Shown here: in pieces, positions 8,872 to 18,599 of the stretch | How positions within the stretch are numbered: position 1 is the first letter of the stretch | Layout of the letters: each line of letters opens with the position of its first letter | IMG/VR virus record: IMGVR_UViG_3300021246_000107 | Coordinates: 1 to 52,961 of that record | DNA from: a virus | Lineage: Duplodnaviria; Caudoviricetes | Length of the DNA: 52,961 bases | Strand: one strand, 5' to 3' | Notes under the pieces: generated by a model | Database searches by the model: none | Seen by the model: the letters and a program-made list of their open reading frames with translations, nothing else | Told to the model about the DNA's origin: nothing | Made by a program: the position numbers and the translations under genes

Positions 8872-9954
8872 TTATCGAACTTCGACCCAAAAATTTGCAG
8901 CGCTTGCTACGTATGACTCGCCGGGCAAAACCACAGCCGACAGCCCGGAGCAGGCCGATGTAGGATTGGAATACCAGCTCCAAGGAAAGGTCAGAATGAC
9001 CCCTCCAACTGTCAACGCACCCGCTCCACCAAGCGTGTTTGAGATGTTGTTTTGCACGTAGACCCAAATAGGACGTCCAGTGGTGTTGTAATAGGTTGTT
9101 CCAACGAGCCGTGTAGTACCAACGGTAAAAGCCTGCCGTGTCTGGCCAGCTCCGAATGCTGTAGCCGCAGTTGCAAGAGCGATTACCGATTCGTCGGTAT
9201 GCATCATGTACGGCGCCGTTTTATCACCGCCTGCAAACCCCGCCGCAGGGCAAGAATTACCACTGATTTTTGAGGATGGCGTGAAGTTGCCGTCATGCCA
9301 GACCGTCCGCCACCCACTCGGTGCTGGGCCCCCAGTATTTCTGAATAAAAGGTTTCCCACTGCCTCGTTAATGCTGACTGCAATGTCTGCTCCATATTCA
9401 GGGTTCGCAAAAATCATATGCAAACCAACAGAGTTTGGGTAAGCAGATGGACCGTCCGTGGTAGCCCCACTGGCCCCAGAAAATAATTGGCTTTCGGTAA
9501 CGCCAGCAACAGGCCCGGTTATCGCAGGTGCGAAGGAAAGCCAGCCACCAGACCCCACAGCCAAGGCGTCGGTTATGCCGTAGCCGGAAACGGTAGTTGC
9601 CTTGTCGGCCTTCTCCTCAAGGGAGGAGTCCATTTGCGGCTTTGTGTAGGCATCGGTGATGTCATACTCGGAAATCGTGGTCGGCTTATTTTCGATATTC
9701 GCCCACACCAAACTCGACCCAGTGATGTTGGATATCGCGAGAGCGAGTTGATTGTATTGCCCCTTCTCCGGAGTAACTCCGCCAGCCACCAGCACATTCA
9801 AAACTTCCATCATGAGCGCATTCAGGAATTCGGCGGGCACGATCGACGCTGAAGCCCCGGTGGCCGGATTGCCATCGGTAAAGTATCCGGGTGGCCCGGC
9901 TGGAGTGGGAGCAGGAATAGCCGACACAGCCGTTGAGTTATCGATCTGAAACAT
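8872..9954 (-). CDS. Tail fibre protein
   Basis: Mu/SfV-like N-terminus (PGYFTDGNP...AEFLNALMME); PTTIS-YGITDA repeats; WRTVWHDGNF. Confidence 0.88.
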   Translation of the reverse strand: MFQIDNSTAVSAIPAPTPAGPPGYFTDGNPATGASASIVPAEFLNALMMEVLNVLVAGGVTPEKGQYNQLALAISNITGSSLVWANIENKPTTISEYDITDAYTKPQMDSSLEEKADKATTVSGYGITDALAVGSGGWLSFAPAITGPVAGVTESQLFSGASGATTDGPSAYPNSVGLHMIFANPEYGADIAVSINEAVGNLLFRNTGGPAPSGWRTVWHDGNFTPSSKISGNSCPAAGFAGGDKTAPYMMHTDESVIALATAATAFGAGQTRQAFTVGTTRLVGTTYYNTTGRPIWVYVQNNISNTLGGAGALTVGGVILTFPWSWYSNPTSACSGLSAVVLPGESYVASAANFWVEVR

Positions 9955-9962
9955 CTATGACC

Positions 9963-10559
9963 TCACGAATAATGGAACTGCAAAATGGTGTGTGCCGGCT
10001 TGGCCTGTGACAGCTCACACTCAAGCACTGCGTTACCCCACGAAGTGAGGGGCTCACCAGTGGTCGACTGGCCGACACGAAAGTGATTGATGGTGTTGAG
10101 CTGGCTGTTGATGGCCCAGGCAAAGAACCAATCCTCGCCGCCCAACTGCTGTCCGCAGACGCTTTGCCCACAGCGAAACGGGGCGTACTGCGTAACGGTC
10201 ACTGTGTAGCCAAGGCCCTGGGCGAATGACTGGAAGAACTGAGCGGACTGACCTCCGCTGCTGGAAAATCGCGCAACCACCTGGTTCCGGCGACCCTGAA
10301 AGGTCGGAGACATCCCGGCACAAGGATCGGGAAGCCCAAGCGTGGCTTCCCACTCGGATAAAAAGTTGATGGTTGAAGCGGGGAACAGGTCCTCAAGCAA
10401 ATTCAACGCCGAGTCACTTATCCGTCTGAACGTCGGCGCAAAACATGACACGGCCTGCGCCTGGACACTGCTTAAGTCTTTCGGCCAAACGCGCCCGCGG
10501 GGCAGCAGGCCAAGCAACGCAGACGTGAAGTCGGCGTCGGTGAATGATGGTTTGGACAT
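9963..10559 (-). CDS. Baseplate protein YmfQ/DUF2313 (Mu gp48-like)
   Basis: LLPRGRVW, WEATLGLPD and KPAHT motifs. Confidence 0.9.
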   Translation of the reverse strand: MSKPSFTDADFTSALLGLLPRGRVWPKDLSSVQAQAVSCFAPTFRRISDSALNLLEDLFPASTINFLSEWEATLGLPDPCAGMSPTFQGRRNQVVARFSSSGGQSAQFFQSFAQGLGYTVTVTQYAPFRCGQSVCGQQLGGEDWFFAWAINSQLNTINHFRVGQSTTGEPLTSWGNAVLECELSQAKPAHTILQFHYS

Positions 10560-10564
10560 GGCAA

Positions 10565-11692
10565 TCAGCCGTAGTTAATGGTGCCAAGCGTTGGCAAGTG
10601 ACCGAGGGTGTTGGGGATGTTTGCCACGGGGGACGTGATTACAAACCCCTGCGTCCCCGCGATCGCTGAAATGGCTGCGCCCACATCCGAGATGTCGACA
10701 GATGAGCCATCAGCCAGCGGTGCGCCTTGATCAAACAGAACTCCCGAAATTGCGGCGGCTACTGCCGCCCGGATTGCTGTTGATGCACCACTGAGCCCGG
10801 TGATCGTAAAGGCGATCGGGGCATCAATCGGCGCGCAGTGGTAGACCATGGCGGTCACCGGCTGCTGGATGTAAACGCTGTTCGCGATGATTAGCTGATC
10901 GCCGGCGGCAAGGTTTCCAGAAGTGGCGCGGTTGTCGCTCGATGAGATGCCGTTCGTGCCTTGGGGAAAGCCACCATAAGCGGCATTGGCGTCATCAAGC
11001 ATCGAATACACCACCACGGTGCCGGCACCAAACCCGTTGGGCATGCACCATGCTCGAGTGACGCCCGAGACGCTCTCGGCCCAGGTCACATAGTCGCTGT
11101 GAGATCCTCCATTGGGAGTGCTCTGATAAGCCGCCAGCATGCGCCCGAAGAATGCCTCGTCTTCCTCCTGATCTGCACCGCCGGTGATAACGGCGGTAAC
11201 CGCACCGGTTGATTGCACGCCGGTGACGGAAGTGCCCAACGTCATCAGGCCGCCAACTGGCGTGTTCCCAGCCTCTCCCGCCAGGTCCGCAACCACCGCC
11301 ACCACCAGGATGCCGCCAGCGCTGACAGTCGCTGACGCCTGCGTCGTGAATGCGGCAGAGTCGCCGCGCACCACCTGGGTTCCCGCAGAAACTGTCACCC
11401 CAGGCGTACCAGGGAACGTGACGGTACCCGCCGCAACCGTCGGCGACTTTGGATAGACATTTTTCATGGCCCCCCAGGCATAGAGGTACTCGCCAGAGGC
11501 TGTATAGGGCACGCCCTGTTTAGCAATCCAGTCGAGGTAGCCGTAGTTGAGATAAGCCAGCCCGGCAACAGCCTTGCCGGTGATCTGCAGGTTGGAAAAG
11601 CGCAGCAGCCCATCGGCCGTCGGCAGGCCCGAGGTGATATCGGCGGCGACATTGGCACGCAAATCAGTGAGCGTGGGTCTGGTATACGGCAT
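10565..11692 (-). CDS. Baseplate J-like protein (Mu gp47)
   Basis: GGADQE, GGSHSDYVTWA...GVTRAW and GAGTV motifs. Confidence 0.92.
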   Translation of the reverse strand: MPYTRPTLTDLRANVAADITSGLPTADGLLRFSNLQITGKAVAGLAYLNYGYLDWIAKQGVPYTASGEYLYAWGAMKNVYPKSPTVAAGTVTFPGTPGVTVSAGTQVVRGDSAAFTTQASATVSAGGILVVAVVADLAGEAGNTPVGGLMTLGTSVTGVQSTGAVTAVITGGADQEEDEAFFGRMLAAYQSTPNGGSHSDYVTWAESVSGVTRAWCMPNGFGAGTVVVYSMLDDANAAYGGFPQGTNGISSSDNRATSGNLAAGDQLIIANSVYIQQPVTAMVYHCAPIDAPIAFTITGLSGASTAIRAAVAAAISGVLFDQGAPLADGSSVDISDVGAAISAIAGTQGFVITSPVANIPNTLGHLPTLGTINYG

Positions 11693-11752
11693 CGGCGGGA
11701 AACTCCAGGCAAAAAAATACCCGCTCAGGGCGGGTCGTCGGCCAGCAAAAAA

Positions 11753-12196
11753 TCAAACCTGGCTCCACGCCCAGTTGAATTGGAGTGGAACCACAGAACC
11801 GTCCTGACGCGTGATGGTGATAACGCTGTTTAACCGGCTGCTACTCGCGATGGCAATGGCCACACTCACCCCGAGAGCCACTTGATCATCAATGAGCCAC
11901 TTCAATGCTTCCTCGATGTAAATCTTGGCGGTGTTGGCCACGGCAGGAGTGAGTTTTGATCGATCCAGCAGCCACAGCCTGGAGCCAATCAGGACGTCTT
12001 CGTCAGTATCCCCCCACCAGCCACGGAGGTCATTTCCGCCATCCGGAGGAATGTCGTCGTCATTGGCCTGACGGTCGGTGAACAAACTGATCAGCACGGC
12101 ACTGGTCAGGTCATCACCGCTCGCCAGCGCACCCCCACTGATCGACCAGTCACCATTGCCCCTGCTCGAGATCCAGGTGGTGCTGATGTCTGTCAT
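11753..12196 (-). CDS. Baseplate protein GP46
   Basis: ISLFTDR, RGWWGD and IGSRLWLL motifs. Confidence 0.93.
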   Translation of the reverse strand: MTDISTTWISSRGNGDWSISGGALASGDDLTSAVLISLFTDRQANDDDIPPDGGNDLRGWWGDTDEDVLIGSRLWLLDRSKLTPAVANTAKIYIEEALKWLIDDQVALGVSVAIAIASSSRLNSVITITRQDGSVVPLQFNWAWSQV

Positions 12197-12777
12197 TGTT
12201 GAGGACTCGGCGTGGTGGTGCCTTGGCCGTTGGTGTGCTCATTGAAGAGCTCCCGATCGGCAGCCATGCTGCGCACGCCATCGCTGACCTGGCCGGCAAC
12301 CTGAAGGTCACCGCTGCACTTAACCAGTGGCGTCACAAAGCTGATTTCCTGCGCGGCATTGATGGTGACCTGGGTGGCATTGTTGATGGTGACCGGTGAG
12401 CTCTTGGCCTCGATGACAATCCCTCCGTCTTGGGTCAGGTAGACCGACTTACCCGCCAGGTCGTAAAGCATGGACTCGCCAGCCAGGAGGTTGACCGGCC
12501 GGCTCGTCTGGTGACCGGTGGCCACGACAACTCCCTTGGAACGGTCGCCGCCCAGGAACACCACGAGCACGTCGGAACCGTCGGGTGGCACGGAGGTAAA
12601 GCCAAACTCAGCGATACGCGGGGTATCGTCTCGCGTTTCTGAGTCGTTGAGCTTCACCTGCAGCAGCTGCGCCGTCTTGCTGTCATTGCTGAAGGACACC
12701 CTCGCCCACCCAGCCAGAAGCTGAATACGGCGCTGGAGCCCTTGAAGGACGCTCGGTGTATCAACTCTGCTACCCAT
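12193..12777 (-). CDS. Baseplate spike protein V (Mu gp45)
   Basis: EFGFTSVPP...FLGGDRS; C-terminal EHT. Start uncertain. Confidence 0.88.
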   Translation of the reverse strand: MGSRVDTPSVLQGLQRRIQLLAGWARVSFSNDSKTAQLLQVKLNDSETRDDTPRIAEFGFTSVPPDGSDVLVVFLGGDRSKGVVVATGHQTSRPVNLLAGESMLYDLAGKSVYLTQDGGIVIEAKSSPVTINNATQVTINAAQEISFVTPLVKCSGDLQVAGQVSDGVRSMAADRELFNEHTNGQGTTTPSPQQ

Positions 12778-13876
12778 AATGCCCCTGTGGAACGTCACCC
12801 CAGAGCGGGGTTAGGTTGAGTGGTTGCGGAGTAAAGGCAGCAGGCGCCATCAACGTGAGCTCGGCAGTTGTGCCGGGGCCGTCACTCCGCAGAAAGGTGA
12901 CGTCGCTGATCAACAGTACTGCTGAAGGAAGCTTCAGCCGCGGAAGCGAAACCGGCACCAAAGTATTCGGCTCCCACAAAGAGCCCGATAAGTCTCGCCA
13001 ACTATCTACAACCACCTTAACGACCCGAGATCTGCCAAATCTGCGGGCCGACTCCCACACCGCACGTTTCTCGGCGATGTCGAGTCCCATACTTCCGCTC
13101 TCGGCAATAATCACCATTCGTCGATGACGTTTGACGTTTATGTCCGTCGCAGAAAACTTAAGATTTCCACCGGCTCCGACGTCCATAAACAAATCAGTCG
13201 ACTGCAAATACACGTCATAAGTCGAGTAGTTCAGATCAGCTGAATAATCTATATAGGCTCGCTGAACATTCACTCCCTCAGCAATACCGCTATCCAATTG
13301 GCGAGTTCCAACTTGGGATAAAAACAAGCTGCCGTCAGGCAAGTCATAAGCCAGCACTGCCGAAAATCTGGACATACGTTCGATGATATCGAACGGACTT
13401 TCGCCAAGCATGATGTTGGTTTGCGGAATGATAGGGAGCAAAAACGAAGAAACGTTGGTTGCTACAGCTATCCCTTCCGGAGCTCCGTCAGGCCTTGTTG
13501 GCCCGTAAACAGCTGCGAGTTTCTGTGCGACCTCCAGGACTGTCGCATTGCTGATTTGACTGCCAGCCCACTCCGCGGCGCAGTCAACGAGATCCGAGCA
13601 TTTCGAGCGGCCGTTGATTTGGATGGAGTGATCGCTTGGCCCGATGGAGGGCACAACATGATCGACATACCCCGTCACCACGAGGTCCCCACCCAGCATC
13701 ACCTTGCACGCCTCTCCCGGCTCGATCACGAGCTTGTCAAATTCCGTCGGGTAGAGCTCGGTCATGCCAATACTGAAGTCACTGGGAAGCCTTTCGATAC
13801 CTCGCGTCACGCGGATATCTGTCCAGCCGGTGATATCAAGACCTGCCGAAGTTATGGTTAAATCGTCCGGCTGCAT
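12770..13876 (-). CDS. Baseplate hub protein (Mu gpP/gp44)
   Basis: GWTDIRVTRGIE, TGYVD, GRSKCSDLVDC and LWEPN motifs. Confidence 0.9.
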   Translation of the reverse strand: MQPDDLTITSAGLDITGWTDIRVTRGIERLPSDFSIGMTELYPTEFDKLVIEPGEACKVMLGGDLVVTGYVDHVVPSIGPSDHSIQINGRSKCSDLVDCAAEWAGSQISNATVLEVAQKLAAVYGPTRPDGAPEGIAVATNVSSFLLPIIPQTNIMLGESPFDIIERMSRFSAVLAYDLPDGSLFLSQVGTRQLDSGIAEGVNVQRAYIDYSADLNYSTYDVYLQSTDLFMDVGAGGNLKFSATDINVKRHRRMVIIAESGSMGLDIAEKRAVWESARRFGRSRVVKVVVDSWRDLSGSLWEPNTLVPVSLPRLKLPSAVLLISDVTFLRSDGPGTTAELTLMAPAAFTPQPLNLTPLWGDVPQGHYG

Positions 13877-13943
13877 GCTCCACCTCGGCGACAGATAGTT
13901 GAAAACACTGCCATAAATCCCTCTTAATGGAACGCATAAAATA

Positions 13944-14336
13944 ATGAAGCGGCACTTAAGCAAAGTAATTTTTGTATGTATAATTTTCGCTGCTTATTTT
14001 TTAGTATCTGGATTCTCCACAAGCAACGACTTTGAAACCAAGAGCAGAACGTTATTTAACGAGCGAGGAGCTGCCGTAATTGCTGAACTTGATAAGTTTC
14101 CAGGGTGCGCTGGCCAGTTCTCTCTAAAATCCATAGACTTCAATAAGGATTGGCTATTCAGCAAAACCGCCGAAGGCAGATCTATTTACACCACCAACAG
14201 CAATGCCATTCTCGACATCAGCTGGACTGCTGAGATCGTGGATAGCGGACGCATGATTATCGTAAAGCCAAAAAATTCTGCCGAGCTTGAGACAACTTTA
14301 AGATCGCTTATGATCAGTTCCTGCCGCAACTCCTAA
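13944..14336 (+). CDS. Antisense moron, exported or membrane-anchored protein
   Basis: AT-rich; N-terminal hydrophobic helix; opposite strand inside the tail operon. Confidence 0.75.
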   Translation: MKRHLSKVIFVCIIFAAYFLVSGFSTSNDFETKSRTLFNERGAAVIAELDKFPGCAGQFSLKSIDFNKDWLFSKTAEGRSIYTTNSNAILDISWTAEIVDSGRMIIVKPKNSAELETTLRSLMISSCRNS

Positions 14337-14356
14337 TACTCATATTTGCGCATTAA

Positions 14357-15787
14357 CTAACGAGAAAGTGCTTCGATAGTTAACGGCATAAACGCTGGAT
14401 GAATCGGGTCAGCCTGTTGGATCAACTCGTCGGCCCTGGTGGAGTCGCGATAGAGCCGATTGGCCATGCTCAAGGCATTTATCGGCGTCCGGAAGGAAAA
14501 CGTCTCCAATCGCGGCAGCGTAGCCCCGGTGGTGGTCAGAGCTTTGACCACTGCTTGGCGCAGAGCGACCAAGGCGCCGTAGCTTTCGTCATCACCACTG
14601 TCACCGGCAACCAACAGCTCCGCATCAATAAACCCCGTTACAACCCCCATCGTGGTCATAGCCTCGTCGTAGGATGAGGGCACATAGGTCGCCACAACCT
14701 GGCCGATAGCCGCCAAGGCTGCACGGCGTAGCAAGGCGCTGGTGGCGGCCTGGGCCACCTGGCGGGCAGTACCAATGGCACCGGGACCGCCAAAGGTGGC
14801 CGGCGTGTAGCTGGCCAGCGGCCCGAGCAAGGAAATGGCACTACCGGGGTCGGCAATGCTGGCCACCAGCGCATCCATGACACCCTGAACCGCATCGGTG
14901 AATGCTTGCCCACTACTCGCGTCCAGGTTTGCCGAAGCATCAACGAGCGCATCCATCGCCGCATCGACCGCCGCACGGTTGGCCGTGTTATTGGCGATCA
15001 GATCGGCCATGGTCGCACTGCTATTTTTGGCTTTTTTGCTCGTGATGAGCGCGCTGCTGACGTTGCCGCTGGCATATCGCCCAAAGTCACCGGTCAGCAG
15101 GCTGGCCAAGCTGGTGATGCTGCGCACGTCGTGGGTGATACTCCCTACCAGCACCTGAAAATCCGCAATCACCCCCACCACCATCCCGACAATGGCTTTT
15201 CCGAACTTGATGACGCCCTCAACCACGTTAATCACGGCCGTGACCCCGCCGATTATCTTGCGGATGAAATCCAGCGCCGATGACAGGCCCAGGGCATCAG
15301 CGAGTTTATCCAGCAAGGACCCGCTCGAGGTGGTGATTGAGGGGAACACCCGATCACCGGACTCAATGAAGACGATGCTGATCTCAAAATAGCGCCCCAT
15401 GTCCCAGCGCTCGGTGACACTCAGGCCCTCGGCCGGAACGCTGACCTTGAGCGCACCCAGGGTCGGGTGCATTAAAGCTCCCGGCCCCGCAGCTTCAACT
15501 GCCGCAACCAACGCGTCACGCTGCGCCAGGACACTGCCACCGCCATACACCAGGCTGTCGGTGACCAGAAAGCCGCTCATGCGGATGCGCCGCGTCGAGC
15601 GACCCATGTCCTCGATGTAGGGCTTGTCGCGCCCTGGGTACTCGTGGAGAGCCAGCCGACGGCCAAAGCGAGCATCGCCCCCATAGACCGCGAACGGCAC
15701 GCCACGAAACGAGGCCTGGTTAAGCATTTGCGCCCAGGTCTTGTTGGAGTCCTCGGCGATCTGGACGATGTCGGAAAGTAAGCTCAT
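14357..15787 (-). CDS. DNA circularisation protein (Mu gpN-like)
   Basis: ASFRGVPF...GRRLALHEYPGRD...EDMGR and IHPAFMP motifs. Confidence 0.92.
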   Translation of the reverse strand: MSLLSDIVQIAEDSNKTWAQMLNQASFRGVPFAVYGGDARFGRRLALHEYPGRDKPYIEDMGRSTRRIRMSGFLVTDSLVYGGGSVLAQRDALVAAVEAAGPGALMHPTLGALKVSVPAEGLSVTERWDMGRYFEISIVFIESGDRVFPSITTSSGSLLDKLADALGLSSALDFIRKIIGGVTAVINVVEGVIKFGKAIVGMVVGVIADFQVLVGSITHDVRSITSLASLLTGDFGRYASGNVSSALITSKKAKNSSATMADLIANNTANRAAVDAAMDALVDASANLDASSGQAFTDAVQGVMDALVASIADPGSAISLLGPLASYTPATFGGPGAIGTARQVAQAATSALLRRAALAAIGQVVATYVPSSYDEAMTTMGVVTGFIDAELLVAGDSGDDESYGALVALRQAVVKALTTTGATLPRLETFSFRTPINALSMANRLYRDSTRADELIQQADPIHPAFMPLTIEALSR

Positions 15788-17769
15788 ACGGTGGCTCCCA
15801 CACCTGAATAGGCGATACGGCTCGAAGCCTGGACGTTCCCCTCAGACTTGACCTTCGTTTTGAGCCCGTCGGGCGCGTTCTTGTGCTCGATCTCAACTTT
15901 CACGGTGCCGCCGGACTGCGCCGCCCCTTGCGAGTACGGGCCGGCAGGAGCAGGGAGGCGATTCGCGATCACATCCGCAACCGCCGCCCTTTTTGCAGCG
16001 TCACCATTTGCGTCCGCCGGGCGCTCATATTGACGAGAAATAATGTCGCCGGCCTCCCTCGCGCTCTTCGCTCTACGTAGAGAATCACCAGCCCCCTGCT
16101 CTTGGCCCTGGGTAAGCTCATAGTTAACGAACCCCAGTTGCTCTTCACGGCTCGTGCCTTGAATCGGATGCCCCGCCCATTTTGCAAATTGGTTCTGGCG
16201 ATCCTGATGCCATTGCCCCATGCCATAAGCGCGTTTGCTATCACCCACAGCCTCCGGATCGAAATTACTCTCCAGGCCGAGGTTCGCGGTGATACCAGCC
16301 GCCTGCTCGCGGGTCCAGCCCTTAGACTGGAAGAAATCCATCGAGCTATTGACGCCGGCTTCATTCATACCGCCCTTGCCCTTCCAGGCCTGGCTCAATA
16401 CTTCAGACCCCGATGTTTCGGGGAGGCCCTGGGCACGGTGAATACGCGCAACGTCTTTGTCTTCGCCATCGTTCAGCGTCGGGGAGTAAAGCATCGCCGC
16501 AATGCCTGCGCCGGCGGCGGCAAGCCATGCCCCCACACCCGTACCCGCTGCGCCAGCAACGGCTCCCGCACCAGCACCTCCCGCTCCGGCGCCGGTACCG
16601 GCTATGGTTGCCTCGGCAGAGGCAATCGCCTCGGCGGTTGTTTGCCAGCCAAGTAAAATCTTGGTGTAGGCCAAAATCCCCGCACCGCCTTTGAGCAGTG
16701 TCACCCCAAGCGACACGACACCGGCGATCAAGCCGGCGTTCATAACACCAACGACCAGCAGCGCGGCATTTTCCCAGCCACCCAGCCAGTCAACGAGCTT
16801 GCCGATGCCCTTGCCGAAGTTGATGATCCCCTCACCGACCGCTTTCCAATCGATCGCATTGATCCAGGTGGCAAAGCCTTCCGCCGCCTTCCCGATATTC
16901 ACTGAAATCCATTCGCGGTTCACGGCGAGCCAATTGGTGAACTGGTCAATCAGAGGCTTCATGACAGGGATTAGCTTGTCGCCGATGGAGTTTTTGACGC
17001 CATCGACCGCAATCCCTAGGCCCGCAAGACTTACTGAAAATTCCTTGCCCCGCTTGATCGCGCTATCGTCCATGACGTAGCCAAGCTTCTTGACCATACC
17101 CTCGTAACGTTCGATCCCGGCCTGCCCCTCACGAAGAAACGGCAGCATGGAACCCACGCCCAGGGTATTAGCAATCAAAGCCTGCACCTGCGGGTCTTTC
17201 TCGCCAGCGATCGCATTCGCGATCGCCTTGTATTCGCCGATCACATCCTTGGAGCCATCCTTGGCTTTTTTCAGACCGATACCGAGCTTATTCAGCATCA
17301 TCAGCGCACCCTGATTTCTCCCCCACTGAGCATCCTGCATAGTGGTAGCCAGGCTATCCATACTGGCAGTAGTGGTCCCGGCATCGATGCCGACCAATTT
17401 GGCGGCACCCTGAAAGCTCTGGAGCTGCCCGGTCGAAACGCCAATACCACGGGCGCTGTTGTCGATCGAACGCCCCAGCTTGGCCCAGTTAACAGCCAGC
17501 TCAGCCACGCCAGCCACTGAACCTATACCGGTGATCGCCGCCATAGGCGCAACGATATTGCTGATGCTGCGCGCGGCGCCGCCAGCTTCCTTGCCAATCG
17601 CTGTGAGGTTTTTGCCGATTCGTTCAAACCCAAGCTCACGGCCGAGACTCTTGAAGGACTTGCCGACCTCTTCGAAAGGCCGGGTCAGGCGACTGGCGCC
17701 GTCATTGACCTTGCGAAATATGGCGCTCGCCTTGTCGACGGCGCTGATGACTATTTTGAAGTCAGGCAT
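15784..17769 (-). CDS. Tape measure protein with C-terminal tail lysozyme domain
   Basis: ISAVDKAS N-terminus; AAGITANLGLESNFDP...AYGMGQW...YERP. Confidence 0.88.
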   Translation of the reverse strand: MPDFKIVISAVDKASAIFRKVNDGASRLTRPFEEVGKSFKSLGRELGFERIGKNLTAIGKEAGGAARSISNIVAPMAAITGIGSVAGVAELAVNWAKLGRSIDNSARGIGVSTGQLQSFQGAAKLVGIDAGTTTASMDSLATTMQDAQWGRNQGALMMLNKLGIGLKKAKDGSKDVIGEYKAIANAIAGEKDPQVQALIANTLGVGSMLPFLREGQAGIERYEGMVKKLGYVMDDSAIKRGKEFSVSLAGLGIAVDGVKNSIGDKLIPVMKPLIDQFTNWLAVNREWISVNIGKAAEGFATWINAIDWKAVGEGIINFGKGIGKLVDWLGGWENAALLVVGVMNAGLIAGVVSLGVTLLKGGAGILAYTKILLGWQTTAEAIASAEATIAGTGAGAGGAGAGAVAGAAGTGVGAWLAAAGAGIAAMLYSPTLNDGEDKDVARIHRAQGLPETSGSEVLSQAWKGKGGMNEAGVNSSMDFFQSKGWTREQAAGITANLGLESNFDPEAVGDSKRAYGMGQWHQDRQNQFAKWAGHPIQGTSREEQLGFVNYELTQGQEQGAGDSLRRAKSAREAGDIISRQYERPADANGDAAKRAAVADVIANRLPAPAGPYSQGAAQSGGTVKVEIEHKNAPDGLKTKVKSEGNVQASSRIAYSGVGATV

Positions 17770-17926
17770 TTGAGTTACTCGTCATGCGAATGGCCTGCTT
17801 GTTCCATTCGACCAGTTCCGCAAGGGTGAGCGACCACGCATCGCGTGGCCCCCAGCCGTAATACTTGGTCAGTTCGGCAATCAGCTCTGGCCAGCCTCCT
17901 CCGCCTGACCAGCGTCGGAAAAACCC
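17762..17926 (-). CDS. -1 frameshift extension of the chaperone (G-T / P2 E'-like)
   Basis: Slippery G GGT TTT at 17926-17920; the -1 frame reads FRRWSGGGGWPELIAELTKYYGWGPRDAWSLTLAELVEWNKQAIRMTSNSNA*. Confidence 0.8.
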   Translation of the reverse strand, partial: GFFRRWSGGGGWPELIAELTKYYGWGPRDAWSLTLAELVEWNKQAIRMTSNSNA

Positions 17927-18171
17927 TCGAGGAACTTGTTCGCCGCGACCAAATCGCGCTTGCTGAACTTCTCGACGACACCGCGCGGAATGATGCCAAT
18001 CAGGCTGATCAGAGTGATGGCGGCACCGACAGAAGTATCAGCGCGGGACGCTTTTTCCATCTCGCCGGCGGTGGGTTCGCGCAACTTGATCTCCGTATAA
18101 GTAATTGGATCGTCGCCCTTGCCAACGATAATTGGCTTGGAAAGGGTGATGGTGATTTCGTCTTCAAACAT
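17881..18171 (-). CDS. Tail assembly chaperone (Mu gp41/G-like)
   Basis: Lies between the tube and tape measure genes; LREPTAGE. Confidence 0.88.
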   Translation of the reverse strand: MFEDEITITLSKPIIVGKGDDPITYTEIKLREPTAGEMEKASRADTSVGAAITLISLIGIIPRGVVEKFSKRDLVAANKFLEGFSDAGQAEEAGQS

Positions 18172-18174
18172 GAA

Positions 18175-18543
18175 TCAGTTCTCCGTTACGGAAGGGCCTT
18201 CCCACTTCACTTCGAGAGTGGCGTCGGCTGCCTTGGCTTCAGGTTGTTCGATGGTCCACATGTTGCGACCGATGATGGTTTTGCCATTGGCGAGCTCGGC
18301 CATGACGGTGACATTGGTCATCGCATTGATGTCAGCCAGGCTGAGCCCGTTGGAGTCACGAATGGTCCCAGAAATGACGCCCTGCCCTGGCTTTTCGCTG
18401 TAGCCGTGGACGTAGTCCTGGCCGACCAAGCTTTCCCGGGTAACACCGGAGACCTTGTAAGAAAAGTCCCCGACCAGCATGAAGCTCACCCCGTCAACGG
18501 TTAGGTAGCAGGTCCCGGCAAGGCGATTGGTGGTGTCTCCCAT
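18175..18543 (-). CDS. Tail tube protein (Mu-like)
   Basis: RLAGTCYLTVDG...VHGYSE...AELANGK. Confidence 0.9.
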   Translation of the reverse strand: MGDTTNRLAGTCYLTVDGVSFMLVGDFSYKVSGVTRESLVGQDYVHGYSEKPGQGVISGTIRDSNGLSLADINAMTNVTVMAELANGKTIIGRNMWTIEQPEAKAADATLEVKWEGPSVTEN

Positions 18544-18599
18544 GTTTTTCTCCAGGCATAAAAAAACCGCTCAAGGCGGTCATTGACGAAAGGCCTGGG

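Noticed and set aside
8478-9954. Tail fibre inversion system or diversity-generating retroelement
   Set aside because: No invertase, reverse transcriptase, second fibre end or TR/VR repeat seen.
17775-17999. 74-aa ORF as the tail chaperone extension
   Set aside because: Wrong frame; the -1 frame after GGGTTTT gives the E'-like peptide.
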